The translations under genes and the position numbers were made by a program. Of a stretch of 64,000 nucleotides of DNA, positions 38,247 through 47,349 are shown one piece after another (positions within the stretch are counted from its first letter, which is position 1; each line of letters opens with the position of its first letter). The notes under the pieces were generated by a model. That model saw nothing but the letters and a program-made list of their open reading frames with translations. It was not told the origin of the DNA and did no database searches. Source of the DNA: Candidatus Micrarchaeia archaeon (GTDB lineage: Archaea; Micrarchaeota; Micrarchaeia; Anstonellales; J096); contig JBGQMY010000002.1 of NCBI GenBank assembly GCA_041500865.1, positions 1,982 through 65,981 of the forward strand, read 5' to 3'.

Positions 38247-38993
38247 ATGATTGCAGAGGCGCTTGTTGCCACGTTCGTCGTAAGCATGATATCCCTTGTC
38301 GGCGTTGCTCTCCTTGTTTTGAAAAAGGAGGCGCTGGACAATGCCCTTTTCTACATACTGAGCTTTGCGACAGGCACGATGCTTGGCGCGGCGTTCCTTG
38401 ACCTGCTGCCCGAATCCGTAGGAGGCATAAAGGCAACTGCCGCTTTCGCGATGGTCCTTGCCGGCATCATGCTGTTCTTCATATTGGAGCGCTTTGTGCA
38501 CTGGCACCACGCGCACCACAGCGACCATCCGGCAAATGAGAAGCCGCTTGCATACCTTTCGCTGCTCGGCGATGCGCTCCACAACTTCTTTGACGGGGTC
38601 GCGATAGCCGCAAGCTTCGCCGCATCGTCCGCAACAGGGATTGCGACCACAATAGCCATAATAATGCACGAGATACCGCAGGAGCTGGGCGATTTCACGT
38701 TGCTGCTGTATGGCGGCTTTTCCGTCAAAAAGGCGCTTTTGTCCAACCTGCTTGTGGCGTTTACGGCGTTTTTGGGCGTGTTCGCGTTCTTCTGGCTGGC
38801 ATCCTATATTGAGAACCTGGACTTTTACGGCATGGCGCTTGCCGCAGGCAGCTTCATATACATAGCCGGAAGCGACCTTATCCCGGAATTGCACAAGGAA
38901 ACCAAGACCGGCAGGTCCATCATCCAGCTTGTTGCGGTTGTTGCAGGGATATTGACCATATGGCTGCTGATATCCGCGCTGGGCGCAGCATGA
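38247..38993 (+). CDS. ZIP-family metal transporter
   Basis: His-rich loop HWHHAHH, GDALHNFFDG, HEIPQELGDF, FIYIA.SDLIPEL. Confidence 0.93.
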   Translation: MIAEALVATFVVSMISLVGVALLVLKKEALDNALFYILSFATGTMLGAAFLDLLPESVGGIKATAAFAMVLAGIMLFFILERFVHWHHAHHSDHPANEKPLAYLSLLGDALHNFFDGVAIAASFAASSATGIATTIAIIMHEIPQELGDFTLLLYGGFSVKKALLSNLLVAFTAFLGVFAFFWLASYIENLDFYGMALAAGSFIYIAGSDLIPELHKETKTGRSIIQLVAVVAGILTIWLLISALGAA

Positions 38994-39057
38994 AGCGGAA
39001 AATGGGCATTCCAAGTCTGCGAAGCATTTAAAAACACAATCAGGCAATCCCATAAGC

Positions 39058-41070
39058 ATGAAAAAGCTATTCGCGCTACTTGCAGTTTTGTTCATAACGG
39101 CCTCTTTCGGCATCAGCATGGACCAGTACCTACACAATGGGGAAAACCTGACGGGCAGGAACTTCAACGTAAGCGGGACAAACTACACCCTTTACTCCAT
39201 AGGCGGCAGCGAGACGTTCCTGGTTGACAAGGACAAGGACGTGCTCATAACGGACGGGAGCCAGATAAGCTCCGTCATAAAAAGCTATTATACCGCAGCA
39301 TACATGCTGACCCCGAAGGACAAGGCGGACATACTGGCGCTGCTTGATGCGTTCAACGCATCGAGGAATGACGGCCAGATAGGGACTGCGGGAAGGTCCG
39401 GCATGGAGGAGTACGAATGCAGGAACCTGATGGCGGTCGGCGTCAGCAACCAGATAAGGAACGGGGACCCGGACTTCAACCTGCAGCTCATAAGCGACAA
39501 CCTGGACCACATGGCGATATACATATCCAACGACTGGATACAGGGGGGGACGTACGGCGACGCCAACGAGCTGAAGAAGGTGATGTCGTCGTTCTTCAAC
39601 GCCACGTTCAAGCTGGACAAGGAGCTGATGACGACAAGGGCGGCGATAGACGGCATAAGCGAGAATGATGCGTATTCCACGCTTGAGGGCGCGAAGCAGA
39701 GCATAGACAGGATGTACGCCTACAAGACTGCGCTTGAGAAGACCTTGCTCAGGCTGCCGAAAACCTATGGCGAATGCCCCGACTGCCTGGGCATATGCTA
39801 CTATATAGAGATGAACGTGACCGCGCTGGACCAGGCCAAGGCGAAGGTGGCCGCTGCGGAGGCCAAGGCAAAGAACCTGAGCGACACGTCCACGATAGCG
39901 GACCGCATAACGAAGACGACGGAGGAAAGGATACAGTTCGTGAAGGACAAGGACCTCGCGTCATACTACAGCATAAAGATGAGCTCCATCGCGAGCTACT
40001 GGGACAGCACGTTCCCGGCAATCAACGCAAGCCTTGCGCTGATAGACAACCCGTCGCTTGACAGCAAGGTATCCACCATAAATGGGAACATTGCCTCAAT
40101 GAACGCATCCATCCAGGCGCTGTCGCTGGACGGAATCGACAAGAAGTTCAATGAAACGAGCGGCCTGATAGCCGGCGCGCAAAGCACGGCGCTGGAGGAT
40201 GTCCAGCTTTACGGCGCGCTGCTCAACGCCTCGGCGGAGGCGGACAGGGTTGCGCTGCTTTCAAAGGACAACAGCGTAATAGCCGCGAAGCAGCAGCTTG
40301 ACGCGCTGATGACAATCCCGGTAGGCTATGGCACCGCGGTCCAGCTCATTGCGAATTACACGGCGCTGGCAAACCAGTCGGCCAACGTGACAAGCAGGGA
40401 CCTGGGCCTGAGCGACCAAGGCAGCTTGATTGCCGCAAGGACGATAAACGGGTTTTACATCCCGCTCAACCTTGTGGAAAGGGGCTCCATAAAGCCCTAT
40501 GACAATTATGCGATAATGTCGGCGCCGGCCCTCATAGCGATAAGCCTGTGCGCGCTGATAGCGATGTTCACGATAAGCTCCTACAGCGGGGCGAAAAGGA
40601 GCTACAGCAAGGGCAGGGTCGTGATGCTGTCGCTTGCGCCCGGCATTGTGCTGATGATGGTCGTTGTCGCGCTCTCAAGCGCCATGTACCTTTTCACGTC
40701 CAGCATCGAGGACTCCAAGGGCCCGCTCATGTTCATGGACTACACGCATGGCAAGCCGGTCTACATAGTGGCCAACACCGCGGACGCGAATTCCGCCATG
40801 GCGAAGTGCGCCAGCGAGATAGGGGCTGCGATGAACAAGAGCGGCGCTTATGTCACTTTTGCCACGTATGACGGCGCAGTTTGCACCCTCAACGGCAAGA
40901 AATACGCGACAGACTGCGCAAACAAGATAAATGACGCAACCATATCGCTTTCAAGCGGCAACTATTCCATAAACTCAAGGCTTTTCCTGGTCCCGACGCT
41001 TGAAGTCAAGGGAAGCGACGCAGACTTCGCCAGGTGCGCCATAGCAAAGCTCTATGAGCTGGAAAAATGA
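39058..41070 (+). CDS. Exported multi-domain membrane protein of unknown function
   Basis: Signal peptide, CPDCLGIC motif, coiled-coil region, two TM helices, Cys-paired C-terminal domain. Confidence 0.8.
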   Translation: MKKLFALLAVLFITASFGISMDQYLHNGENLTGRNFNVSGTNYTLYSIGGSETFLVDKDKDVLITDGSQISSVIKSYYTAAYMLTPKDKADILALLDAFNASRNDGQIGTAGRSGMEEYECRNLMAVGVSNQIRNGDPDFNLQLISDNLDHMAIYISNDWIQGGTYGDANELKKVMSSFFNATFKLDKELMTTRAAIDGISENDAYSTLEGAKQSIDRMYAYKTALEKTLLRLPKTYGECPDCLGICYYIEMNVTALDQAKAKVAAAEAKAKNLSDTSTIADRITKTTEERIQFVKDKDLASYYSIKMSSIASYWDSTFPAINASLALIDNPSLDSKVSTINGNIASMNASIQALSLDGIDKKFNETSGLIAGAQSTALEDVQLYGALLNASAEADRVALLSKDNSVIAAKQQLDALMTIPVGYGTAVQLIANYTALANQSANVTSRDLGLSDQGSLIAARTINGFYIPLNLVERGSIKPYDNYAIMSAPALIAISLCALIAMFTISSYSGAKRSYSKGRVVMLSLAPGIVLMMVVVALSSAMYLFTSSIEDSKGPLMFMDYTHGKPVYIVANTADANSAMAKCASEIGAAMNKSGAYVTFATYDGAVCTLNGKKYATDCANKINDATISLSSGNYSINSRLFLVPTLEVKGSDADFARCAIAKLYELEK

Positions 41071-41549
41071 GGGTCTTGATGGACGCGAAGGACGCAGCCG
41101 TTGTCTTAGGGGCGATAATACTGGCCGCATGCCTTTACTGGTATTTTTATTACTACACGGCAAGCAGGGACTACTTCTTCGGCAGGGCGGACGTTTCTTA
41201 CGCTGACGCGAACGCGCAGCTGCAGTCCGCCGGGTCGGTATGCATCGTGGAGAACATAAGCGGCGTGCCTGACCCGGCAAGGATGAACATCATGAACTGC
41301 GGCATAGACTTCGCGGCATCGCTGGGCGGCATAAAGGGCGTGGACGCATACGTGCTTGAGGGCGAGAACTGCACCAGCATGTCAGGGCTGCAGGCAATCT
41401 CCGGCTGCGCAAGGGAAATCCACACCAAGGGATGCTACATCCTCTATATAGGGAGCAACGAAACCGGGCCGAGGACTCTGGACGGCCTTACATACGTCCC
41501 GGTAGGCAGTGTTTACCAGAACATGAGCTGCTCAATAAAGGTAAGCTGA
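41067..41549 (+). CDS. Membrane-anchored Cys-rich protein of unknown function
   Basis: N-terminal TM; ATGA overlap with the upstream gene; resembles that gene's C-terminal domain. Confidence 0.75.
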   Translation: MRVLMDAKDAAVVLGAIILAACLYWYFYYYTASRDYFFGRADVSYADANAQLQSAGSVCIVENISGVPDPARMNIMNCGIDFAASLGGIKGVDAYVLEGENCTSMSGLQAISGCAREIHTKGCYILYIGSNETGPRTLDGLTYVPVGSVYQNMSCSIKVS

Positions 41550-41603
41550 ACCAATCAAGGCTGCATGGCAATTATAAGAACTGCGCAATGCAGATAAAGC
41601 TAA

Positions 41604-42827
41604 TCAGTATTTCAGTATCGCTCCTATCCCGCCGAAGCCGTTCAGGAACTGCTGGCCTTCGGAGGTGTTCACGCTTATGACCTCGACGCGGATGCCCGCC
41701 TTCCTGCAAATCTCTATGATGTATTCTGCTATTGGCGCAACATCGATTTGGTTCATCAATGAGCCGCATTTTGGGCATGTTATGGTCTTTTCAGAAAGGT
41801 CTTTCTCAAAAGTTCTTGATTCTTCGGTATCGCAGGACGGGCACTTGTAATGAACGACTGAGAACGGCGCCTCTTCCGAAACAAGGACAAGCGATGCCCT
41901 TTTCGTGGCTATGGCGTCCAGCGTCTGGGAAAGGCCGTAGACCGCCTTCTCCGACTTTATTATGGTCTTCATGAATTCGTCAAAGAACTTTTTCTCCTTC
42001 ACGGCCTCCTGGCCCGCTATCAGGTCGCCTGCCTTTGCCAAAACCTCCCTTGCCCCGTGCTCGTCAACATAGCCGGTGTCAACAACGCCAAGCACTTTCA
42101 GCTGGTAATTGAACGTGTTCTGCTTCAAAAAATACTCCTTTATCGGCCCTGGCCCTCCAACAATCACGCCTTTCACTTTGCCGAGAAAAAGGGAATCCAT
42201 TGCTTCCCCGACTTTCTTGTGGTAATATTCCTTGCCTTCCTCAATAAGACGGGAATATCTGTTGGCGGATTGGCCCCCGCCCTTAATCTTTGAATGGCCC
42301 AGATTGTGAATCTTGTCAACAACGCGCAATTCAGTTCCCTGCAATATCGCAAGCGTTGCGTCGCTGCCGTCAAGCACGACGATGCCGTATGCGTCCCTGT
42401 TGTTTATCATCTTCTCGAGCGGCTCAAGCCAGAAGATGGAGTCGCATCGGTACATGTTGGTCTCAAGCCTGTTTATGGGCTCGAAGTAGAACGTCTTCAT
42501 ATCCGTTCGTGAAGGGTCGTCCGAAAGGTTGCCGGAAAATATCACAAGGCCGTTTTTTGGCGTCTTGCGGAATCCTTTCAGCACATTGACAATCCGCTCA
42601 AGCGCGTCCTGCACGTTGTTGCGCGTCTGCTTGCTCTTTATGTTGCCTGCCTGGTTGATTTCCTCCCTTATCCTGCCAGAAACCTCGTTTATTGGATAGT
42701 CGGCTGAAACGTAGACTGAAACAAGCTGGGTTCCGGCGCCCCGGTATGCCTTGAGCTTCCTTAGCGTCTTTCGGAACTCATAAAGCTGGTCTGAGGCTAT
42801 CTCCGGCTCCGGCATGGAATCACTCAA
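41604..42827 (-). CDS. prf1: Peptide chain release factor aRF1
   Basis: GTQLVSVY, NIKS, YRCD, GGQS, GPG, and C-terminal FGGIGAILKY. Alternative start at ATG 42815. Confidence 0.96.
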   Translation of the reverse strand: MSDSMPEPEIASDQLYEFRKTLRKLKAYRGAGTQLVSVYVSADYPINEVSGRIREEINQAGNIKSKQTRNNVQDALERIVNVLKGFRKTPKNGLVIFSGNLSDDPSRTDMKTFYFEPINRLETNMYRCDSIFWLEPLEKMINNRDAYGIVVLDGSDATLAILQGTELRVVDKIHNLGHSKIKGGGQSANRYSRLIEEGKEYYHKKVGEAMDSLFLGKVKGVIVGGPGPIKEYFLKQNTFNYQLKVLGVVDTGYVDEHGAREVLAKAGDLIAGQEAVKEKKFFDEFMKTIIKSEKAVYGLSQTLDAIATKRASLVLVSEEAPFSVVHYKCPSCDTEESRTFEKDLSEKTITCPKCGSLMNQIDVAPIAEYIIEICRKAGIRVEVISVNTSEGQQFLNGFGGIGAILKY

Positions 42828-42831
42828 AAAA

Positions 42832-43389
42832 TCAAAGCGTCGTCTTAAGCATCCGCCTTATCTCCTTTATGGCCTTCTCTATCTTGTCAAGCGACTTCGC
42901 GCCTGCTATGATGATTTTGCCGTTCTTGAAAGCCAAAAGCGAAACGCCGAGCTCCCTTATCTTGATTATGGCGCCGGGGAACTGCTCAGGCTCGTACTCT
43001 ATGTCAGGCAGCATCATGGCAACCTTGAACAGGTCCAGGTCCATGTGCAGGTCCGCGCTGGCGACGATATTCGTCAAGTCGTATTTCGGGTCCTCAAGGT
43101 CGTAATTTTTCCTTTTTTCGGCATACGGCTTGAGCAGGCCGTAAACCTTCCTTATGGCCTTTGCTATGAGCTCCCTTGTCCTGCACCCGACCACGACGAT
43201 TTTGCCGTTCTTGAAAATCAGGATTGTGGCTTTAGGCTCGTTGAACTTGAGTATTGCGCCGGGAAACTGCTCAGGCTCGTACTCTATGTTCTTGAAGTTT
43301 GTCGTTAATTCGTAAAGGTCAAGCGTTAGCCCAAGGTCTGTTGACGCGACCAGGTTGGTGACAGTATAAATTTCCTTCTGCTCTGCCAT
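42832..43389 (-). CDS. tbp: TATA-box binding protein
   Basis: Two repeats of N.VAS..L...DL...EYEPEQFPGAI...FKNGKI; GGTGA SD before ATG 43389. Confidence 0.96.
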   Translation of the reverse strand: MAEQKEIYTVTNLVASTDLGLTLDLYELTTNFKNIEYEPEQFPGAILKFNEPKATILIFKNGKIVVVGCRTRELIAKAIRKVYGLLKPYAEKRKNYDLEDPKYDLTNIVASADLHMDLDLFKVAMMLPDIEYEPEQFPGAIIKIRELGVSLLAFKNGKIIIAGAKSLDKIEKAIKEIRRMLKTTL

Positions 43390-43446
43390 TATTATCACCA
43401 TTCTTTTAATGGTTTTTATATCATTTAAAAGGGCAAGGTTTATAAA

Positions 43447-44876
43447 GTGACATCCTCCCAGCACTCTCTAAAGTGCTTGGGTTCCAGCCTCTATTTCAAG
43501 GCGTTTAGTTCCTGCTTCAGCGAAATGTCTTGCAGTTTCATTGCAGAAACCACAGAGGGCATATCTCCACAGGCGTGACTTTCCGCCAGTCCGGCGGTAG
43601 CTCGCTTGAGTATGTTCATTGCCGCGTTCACGTCCCTGTCCTCTGAATATCCGCAATTGAGGCATTTATATGTCCTTACCCCCAATGGCATCTCCTGGAC
43701 GTGCCCGCACTTATTGCATTCCCTTGACGTATTCTCTGGATTCACCTCTATTAGCTCGCAACCAGCGCTTCGAGCCTTGTATGCGAGCATTCCCCTGTAC
43801 GTGCTCCAGCCTGCGTCCGATATCGACTTCGCAAGGCAATGGTTCTTCACCATGTTCTTGACCTTTAGTTTTTCGACCGCTATCTTTCCGTATGAGTTGA
43901 CCTGCTTCCTTGAAAGCTTGTGAAGAAAGTCAAACTTCTGGTTGACGATTCTCTCTTCCAATCTCGCTTTTCTCCGTCTTGCTCTTCTTCTGTTCCTGCT
44001 GTTTGGCTTTTTTCTTGAGACCCTGCGGCTAAGCAGTTTGAGCCTTTTCTCTGATTTCCTTAAGAACTTAGGAGGATTTATCTTTTCGCCATTTGAAAGG
44101 GTTGCGAAACTTGTCAAACCAACGTCTATGCCTATCGCTTCCTTGTTATTGCTTTCAAACGCCTTTTCAGGCACTTCGTTTGAGAATCCGACATACCACT
44201 TTCTTGATGGATACTGTTTTATGACGCATGTTTTTATCGTGCCTTTCGGCGGTCTGTGCATAACGATTGGTATGTTTCCTATGTTTGAGAGATGAAGCCT
44301 TTTGCTGTTTTTGAACTTGAATCCTGACTGGGGATATGTTAGAGAACATGCATGCTTCTTTATCCTTGGAAATCCGACCTTTATCCTTTTTCCTGCTTTC
44401 TTCCCTTTAACGCGCCTGAAGAACGCCTTGTACGAGTCTCCCAACCTCTTTGATACATTCTGTGCTACTTGGGAATAAAGTTCCTGGAATTGCGGCTGCT
44501 CCCTCTTTAACTGTATGATATGCTTGTTCATATCAATCTCCGAAAGCGTTTTCCCTGTTTCCTTGTAATACGACTTTGACTTTTCAAAAAGTAGGTTATA
44601 CAGTTCCTTTGCCAGCTGCATCTGCCTGTTTAAGCGGAAAACCTGTTTCCCAGACGGATATATTCTATACTTATATCCTAGCATGCTTGCATCTTTCTGG
44701 CCTCGTTTATAAACGTGGGCAGACCTTATTGCCAGAACCCTATTTGTGCACTTTTCATCCCGCTTTTGGAAGGCATAGACATTCTTAGTGTACCGAAAAA
44801 CCGAGTTTTGTTGTGACAATGACGATAAGTCAATTCATTCCCGGGTTAAAACCCAGGAATTTCTTGTCCAGCATGT
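43447..44876 (-). mobile_element. IS200/IS605-family (IS1341-type, tnpB-only) element
   Basis: Left-end hairpin, minus strand CAAGAAATTCCTGGGTTTTAACCCGGGAATGAATTG (44831-44866). Right-end hairpin CCCAAGCACT..AGTGCTGGG followed by AGGATGTCAC ending at 43447. No tnpA. Left boundary is approximate. Confidence 0.8.
43491..44684 (-). CDS. tnpB: RNA-guided endonuclease TnpB
   Basis: GYKYRIYP HTH start; RuvC IGIDVG, AVEKL, DRDVNAAMNI all intact; zinc finger CNKC/CLNC; TATA CGTTTATAAACG at 44704-44715. Confidence 0.95.
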   Translation of the reverse strand: MLGYKYRIYPSGKQVFRLNRQMQLAKELYNLLFEKSKSYYKETGKTLSEIDMNKHIIQLKREQPQFQELYSQVAQNVSKRLGDSYKAFFRRVKGKKAGKRIKVGFPRIKKHACSLTYPQSGFKFKNSKRLHLSNIGNIPIVMHRPPKGTIKTCVIKQYPSRKWYVGFSNEVPEKAFESNNKEAIGIDVGLTSFATLSNGEKINPPKFLRKSEKRLKLLSRRVSRKKPNSRNRRRARRRKARLEERIVNQKFDFLHKLSRKQVNSYGKIAVEKLKVKNMVKNHCLAKSISDAGWSTYRGMLAYKARSAGCELIEVNPENTSRECNKCGHVQEMPLGVRTYKCLNCGYSEDRDVNAAMNILKRATAGLAESHACGDMPSVVSAMKLQDISLKQELNALK

Positions 44877-44938
44877 TTAAAAATATTTCTCTCTAACTTC
44901 TCTCTAAAAGGAATACATACAATACAGGTGTTCAGCAT

Positions 44939-45217
44939 ATGGCAAAACGAAGCAGGGGTACGCTAAGCAGCCACACGAGGAATCTCTCAAAAAAGAAGAC
45001 ACTGACAGTGAACGACTACATCAAGGGATTTGCCGTCGGAGACAGGGTGACGATAGACCAGCACGCGATGTTCAGCGGCGCGATGCCCCACATGAGGTAC
45101 AAGGGCAAGGCAGGCACCGTGCTTGAGGTAAGGGGCAAGAGCTACGTGGTTGAGATAGCCGATGGCGGGATAAGGAAGAAGATAATATCCAGCCCGGTTC
45201 ATATAAGGAAGGTGTGA
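44939..45217 (+). CDS. rpl21e: 50S ribosomal protein L21e
   Basis: RS.G....TR, F.VGD.V.I, MPH.RY.GK.G.V, K.II..PVH. Confidence 0.93.
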   Translation: MAKRSRGTLSSHTRNLSKKKTLTVNDYIKGFAVGDRVTIDQHAMFSGAMPHMRYKGKAGTVLEVRGKSYVVEIADGGIRKKIISSPVHIRKV

Positions 45218-45528
45218 TTATGGAAAAGAAGGGCGAAAAACCCGTAACGTCGGCAGAGGTTGCCTCGCACGTTGAAAAAGAGCTGTCTGGCGAGCCGACG
45301 TACATGGAGGACATGGTCATAAAGCACGGAAAGGAGATGCTGCCGCGCAAGACCGCGAATGAGAAGGCAGGGGAGCTTGGGGCGCTCGTGGGCGCAAAGG
45401 CCGCAGTGAAGATAGCGGACGTCAATCCGATTTCCGTTGAGACGGTCAAGGCAATACTGGCCGGCATCGGCGAGAAGGCGGACGAGAAGACGCTGGAAAA
45501 GATAATGGGCATAATGAGAGGCAAGTAA
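45214..45528 (+). CDS. rpoF: Probable RNA polymerase subunit F (Rpo4), divergent
   Basis: Conserved position between rpl21e and DUF655; AVKIADV.P....VKAIL HRDC-like motif. Confidence 0.7.
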   Translation: MIMEKKGEKPVTSAEVASHVEKELSGEPTYMEDMVIKHGKEMLPRKTANEKAGELGALVGAKAAVKIADVNPISVETVKAILAGIGEKADEKTLEKIMGIMRGK

Positions 45529-45529
45529 A

Positions 45530-46081
45530 ATGGAAGAGTACGCCTTCGTGATAGACTACATACCGTACGGGGACAGGAGCTCAGGCTCGTCCGTAGTCCA
45601 GCTCGTGGGCGAAAAGTTCTTTGTCCTGCTTGACGCGGTCGTCAAGGAAAACGTGCCCATAGCGGTGGGCGACAAGGTCTACGTGGGCAAGGACCTGGAC
45701 AAAAGGGACAAGATAAAGAAGATAAGGGAAAGGATATTCCACGACCGGCTGACTGTTTCCGCGACCCAGAACATGGTTGATGTCTTGAAGAGGATGGTGC
45801 TTGCCGACAGCGCGAAATACGTCGATTTCATAAACCACTGCGGACCGATATCCATAAGGGTGCACCAGCTCGAGCTGATACCCGGCATAGGCAAGAAGAA
45901 CATAAAGCTCATACTTGAGGAAAGGGAGAAGAAGCCGTTCGAGTCTTTTGACGACATAAGGGTGCGGGTGCACTCATGGCTTGACCCGGTCGGAAGCATA
46001 GCGGAAAGGATAAGGAACGAGATAATCGGCAGCGAGAGGTACAACCTCTTCGTGACGCAGCCGCCGAAGGAAGCAATCTGA
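45530..46081 (+). CDS. DUF655 putative nucleic-acid-binding protein
   Basis: EEYA.V.DY.P.G, Q..G...F.LL, R.HQLEL.PGIGKK helix-hairpin-helix, PFESF.DI. Confidence 0.9.
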   Translation: MEEYAFVIDYIPYGDRSSGSSVVQLVGEKFFVLLDAVVKENVPIAVGDKVYVGKDLDKRDKIKKIRERIFHDRLTVSATQNMVDVLKRMVLADSAKYVDFINHCGPISIRVHQLELIPGIGKKNIKLILEEREKKPFESFDDIRVRVHSWLDPVGSIAERIRNEIIGSERYNLFVTQPPKEAI

Positions 46082-46853
46082 TTTTTAAACACTTATTCAC
46101 ACAGTAAGCGCATGGTCCAAAAAGAAATGCCAGAAAAGGGGAAACTGGTTTTAGGCGCAAGTAAAAAGCCCGCCGCGAAGGCAGGAAAACCGGCTTACAA
46201 AGCGGATATCCTGCCAAGCGGAAAAATGGCGTTATCCAAGAAAGAGCAGAAACGGTTCGATGACAATCTCCGGAATGCCGTCATATATGAAAACGTTTTT
46301 GGTGTATTGCGGTTCATCAAGTCAGGCGCAGACATGAATGCAGGGGACGACTGTGGCCTGACGGCGCTCATGCTCGCCGCATCCAAAGGAAACGCCCAAA
46401 TCTGCAAACTGCTGGTTAAGAAGGGCGCGGATGTTGACGTGAGGGACAACACAAACCGGACGGCGCTCATGGTTGCCGCACAGCGGAAGCATGCCGACAT
46501 CTGCAGGCTGCTGGTTGAAAATGGCGCTGAGGTGCTGGCAAGGGACTGGCATGAAAGAACTGTGCTGCATTATGCTGCAGCAGGAAGGCTAAGCGGCATA
46601 TGCACGCTGCTGATCAAGAAAGGCGCGGACGTGAATGCAACGGACAGGGATAAGAGGACCGCGCTCGATATCGCCCTAGAATCCGGCCACACGGAAATCG
46701 CCGACCTTCTGCAAAAGAAGATGAAAAAGTGAGGCATATGCAGAGACTGCGGCGTACCTCAAGTCCTTGGAAACCAAGAAAGAATAGAAATGTCCGTTTT
46801 CAGGACATTTGTGACGCAGCCGCCGAAGGAAGCAATCTGATTTTTAAACACTT
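46052..46853 (+). repeat. 43-bp perfect direct repeat (46052-46094 and 46811-46853)
   Basis: GTGACGCAGCCGCCGAAGGAAGCAATCTGATTTTTAAACACTT covers the DUF655 3' end plus the TATA box of each following ANK gene. Confidence 0.95.
46112..46732 (+). CDS. Ankyrin repeat protein
   Basis: KADILPSGK leader; GLTALMLAA, RTALMVAA, RTVLHYAA, RTALDIA repeats; no C-terminal Cys motif. Confidence 0.93.
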   Translation: MVQKEMPEKGKLVLGASKKPAAKAGKPAYKADILPSGKMALSKKEQKRFDDNLRNAVIYENVFGVLRFIKSGADMNAGDDCGLTALMLAASKGNAQICKLLVKKGADVDVRDNTNRTALMVAAQRKHADICRLLVENGAEVLARDWHERTVLHYAAAGRLSGICTLLIKKGADVNATDRDKRTALDIALESGHTEIADLLQKKMKK

Positions 46854-46870
46854 CTTCACACACTAGGCGC

Positions 46871-47290
46871 ATGGCTCAGGAAACAAGGACGGCAAAAAAG
46901 AAACTGCTTTCATGCGCAAAGAAACCGGCGCATGAATTAGCGACAGAAGGGGCAAGGAAGACGCTCAGCGCGGATATGCAGGCACGGATAGAAAAATTGC
47001 TTGTTGGGCTGGTCGCACAGGGAGATAAGGACGAGCTGACTAATCAGATAGCAAGGCTGGAAAAGGCAGGCGTTGACGTAAAGCAGATAATAAACGCAAG
47101 CGACACGGACGGCAGGACTGCGCTGATGCATGCCGCAGCAGAGGGCCGTACCGAAACATGCAAACTGCTCATAAGCAAAGGCGCCGACATAAACAAAGGG
47201 GACAGTTTTGGCTGGACCGCGTCCATGGTTGCCGGACATTACGGGCGTAAGGAAACTGAGGCATACCTCAAGTCCGTTGAATCCAAGTAA
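46871..47290 (+). CDS. Ankyrin repeat protein
   Basis: Basic leader; GRTALMHAA and GWTASMVA repeats; ends ETEAYLKSVESK. Confidence 0.9.
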   Translation: MAQETRTAKKKLLSCAKKPAHELATEGARKTLSADMQARIEKLLVGLVAQGDKDELTNQIARLEKAGVDVKQIINASDTDGRTALMHAAAEGRTETCKLLISKGADINKGDSFGWTASMVAGHYGRKETEAYLKSVESK

Positions 47291-47349
47291 AGATGGCCTG
47301 GCAGCCGGGCCCACTCAGCTTTTTAATCCATTAAGCCCAATTGCTTTCA

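Noticed and set aside
44685..44830. 45-codon N-terminal extension of tnpB, or a tnpA remnant
   Set aside because: A TATA box at 44704-44715 and the typical start MLGYKYRIYP support ATG 44684. I found no HUH or catalytic Tyr motif of TnpA in the frames I read.
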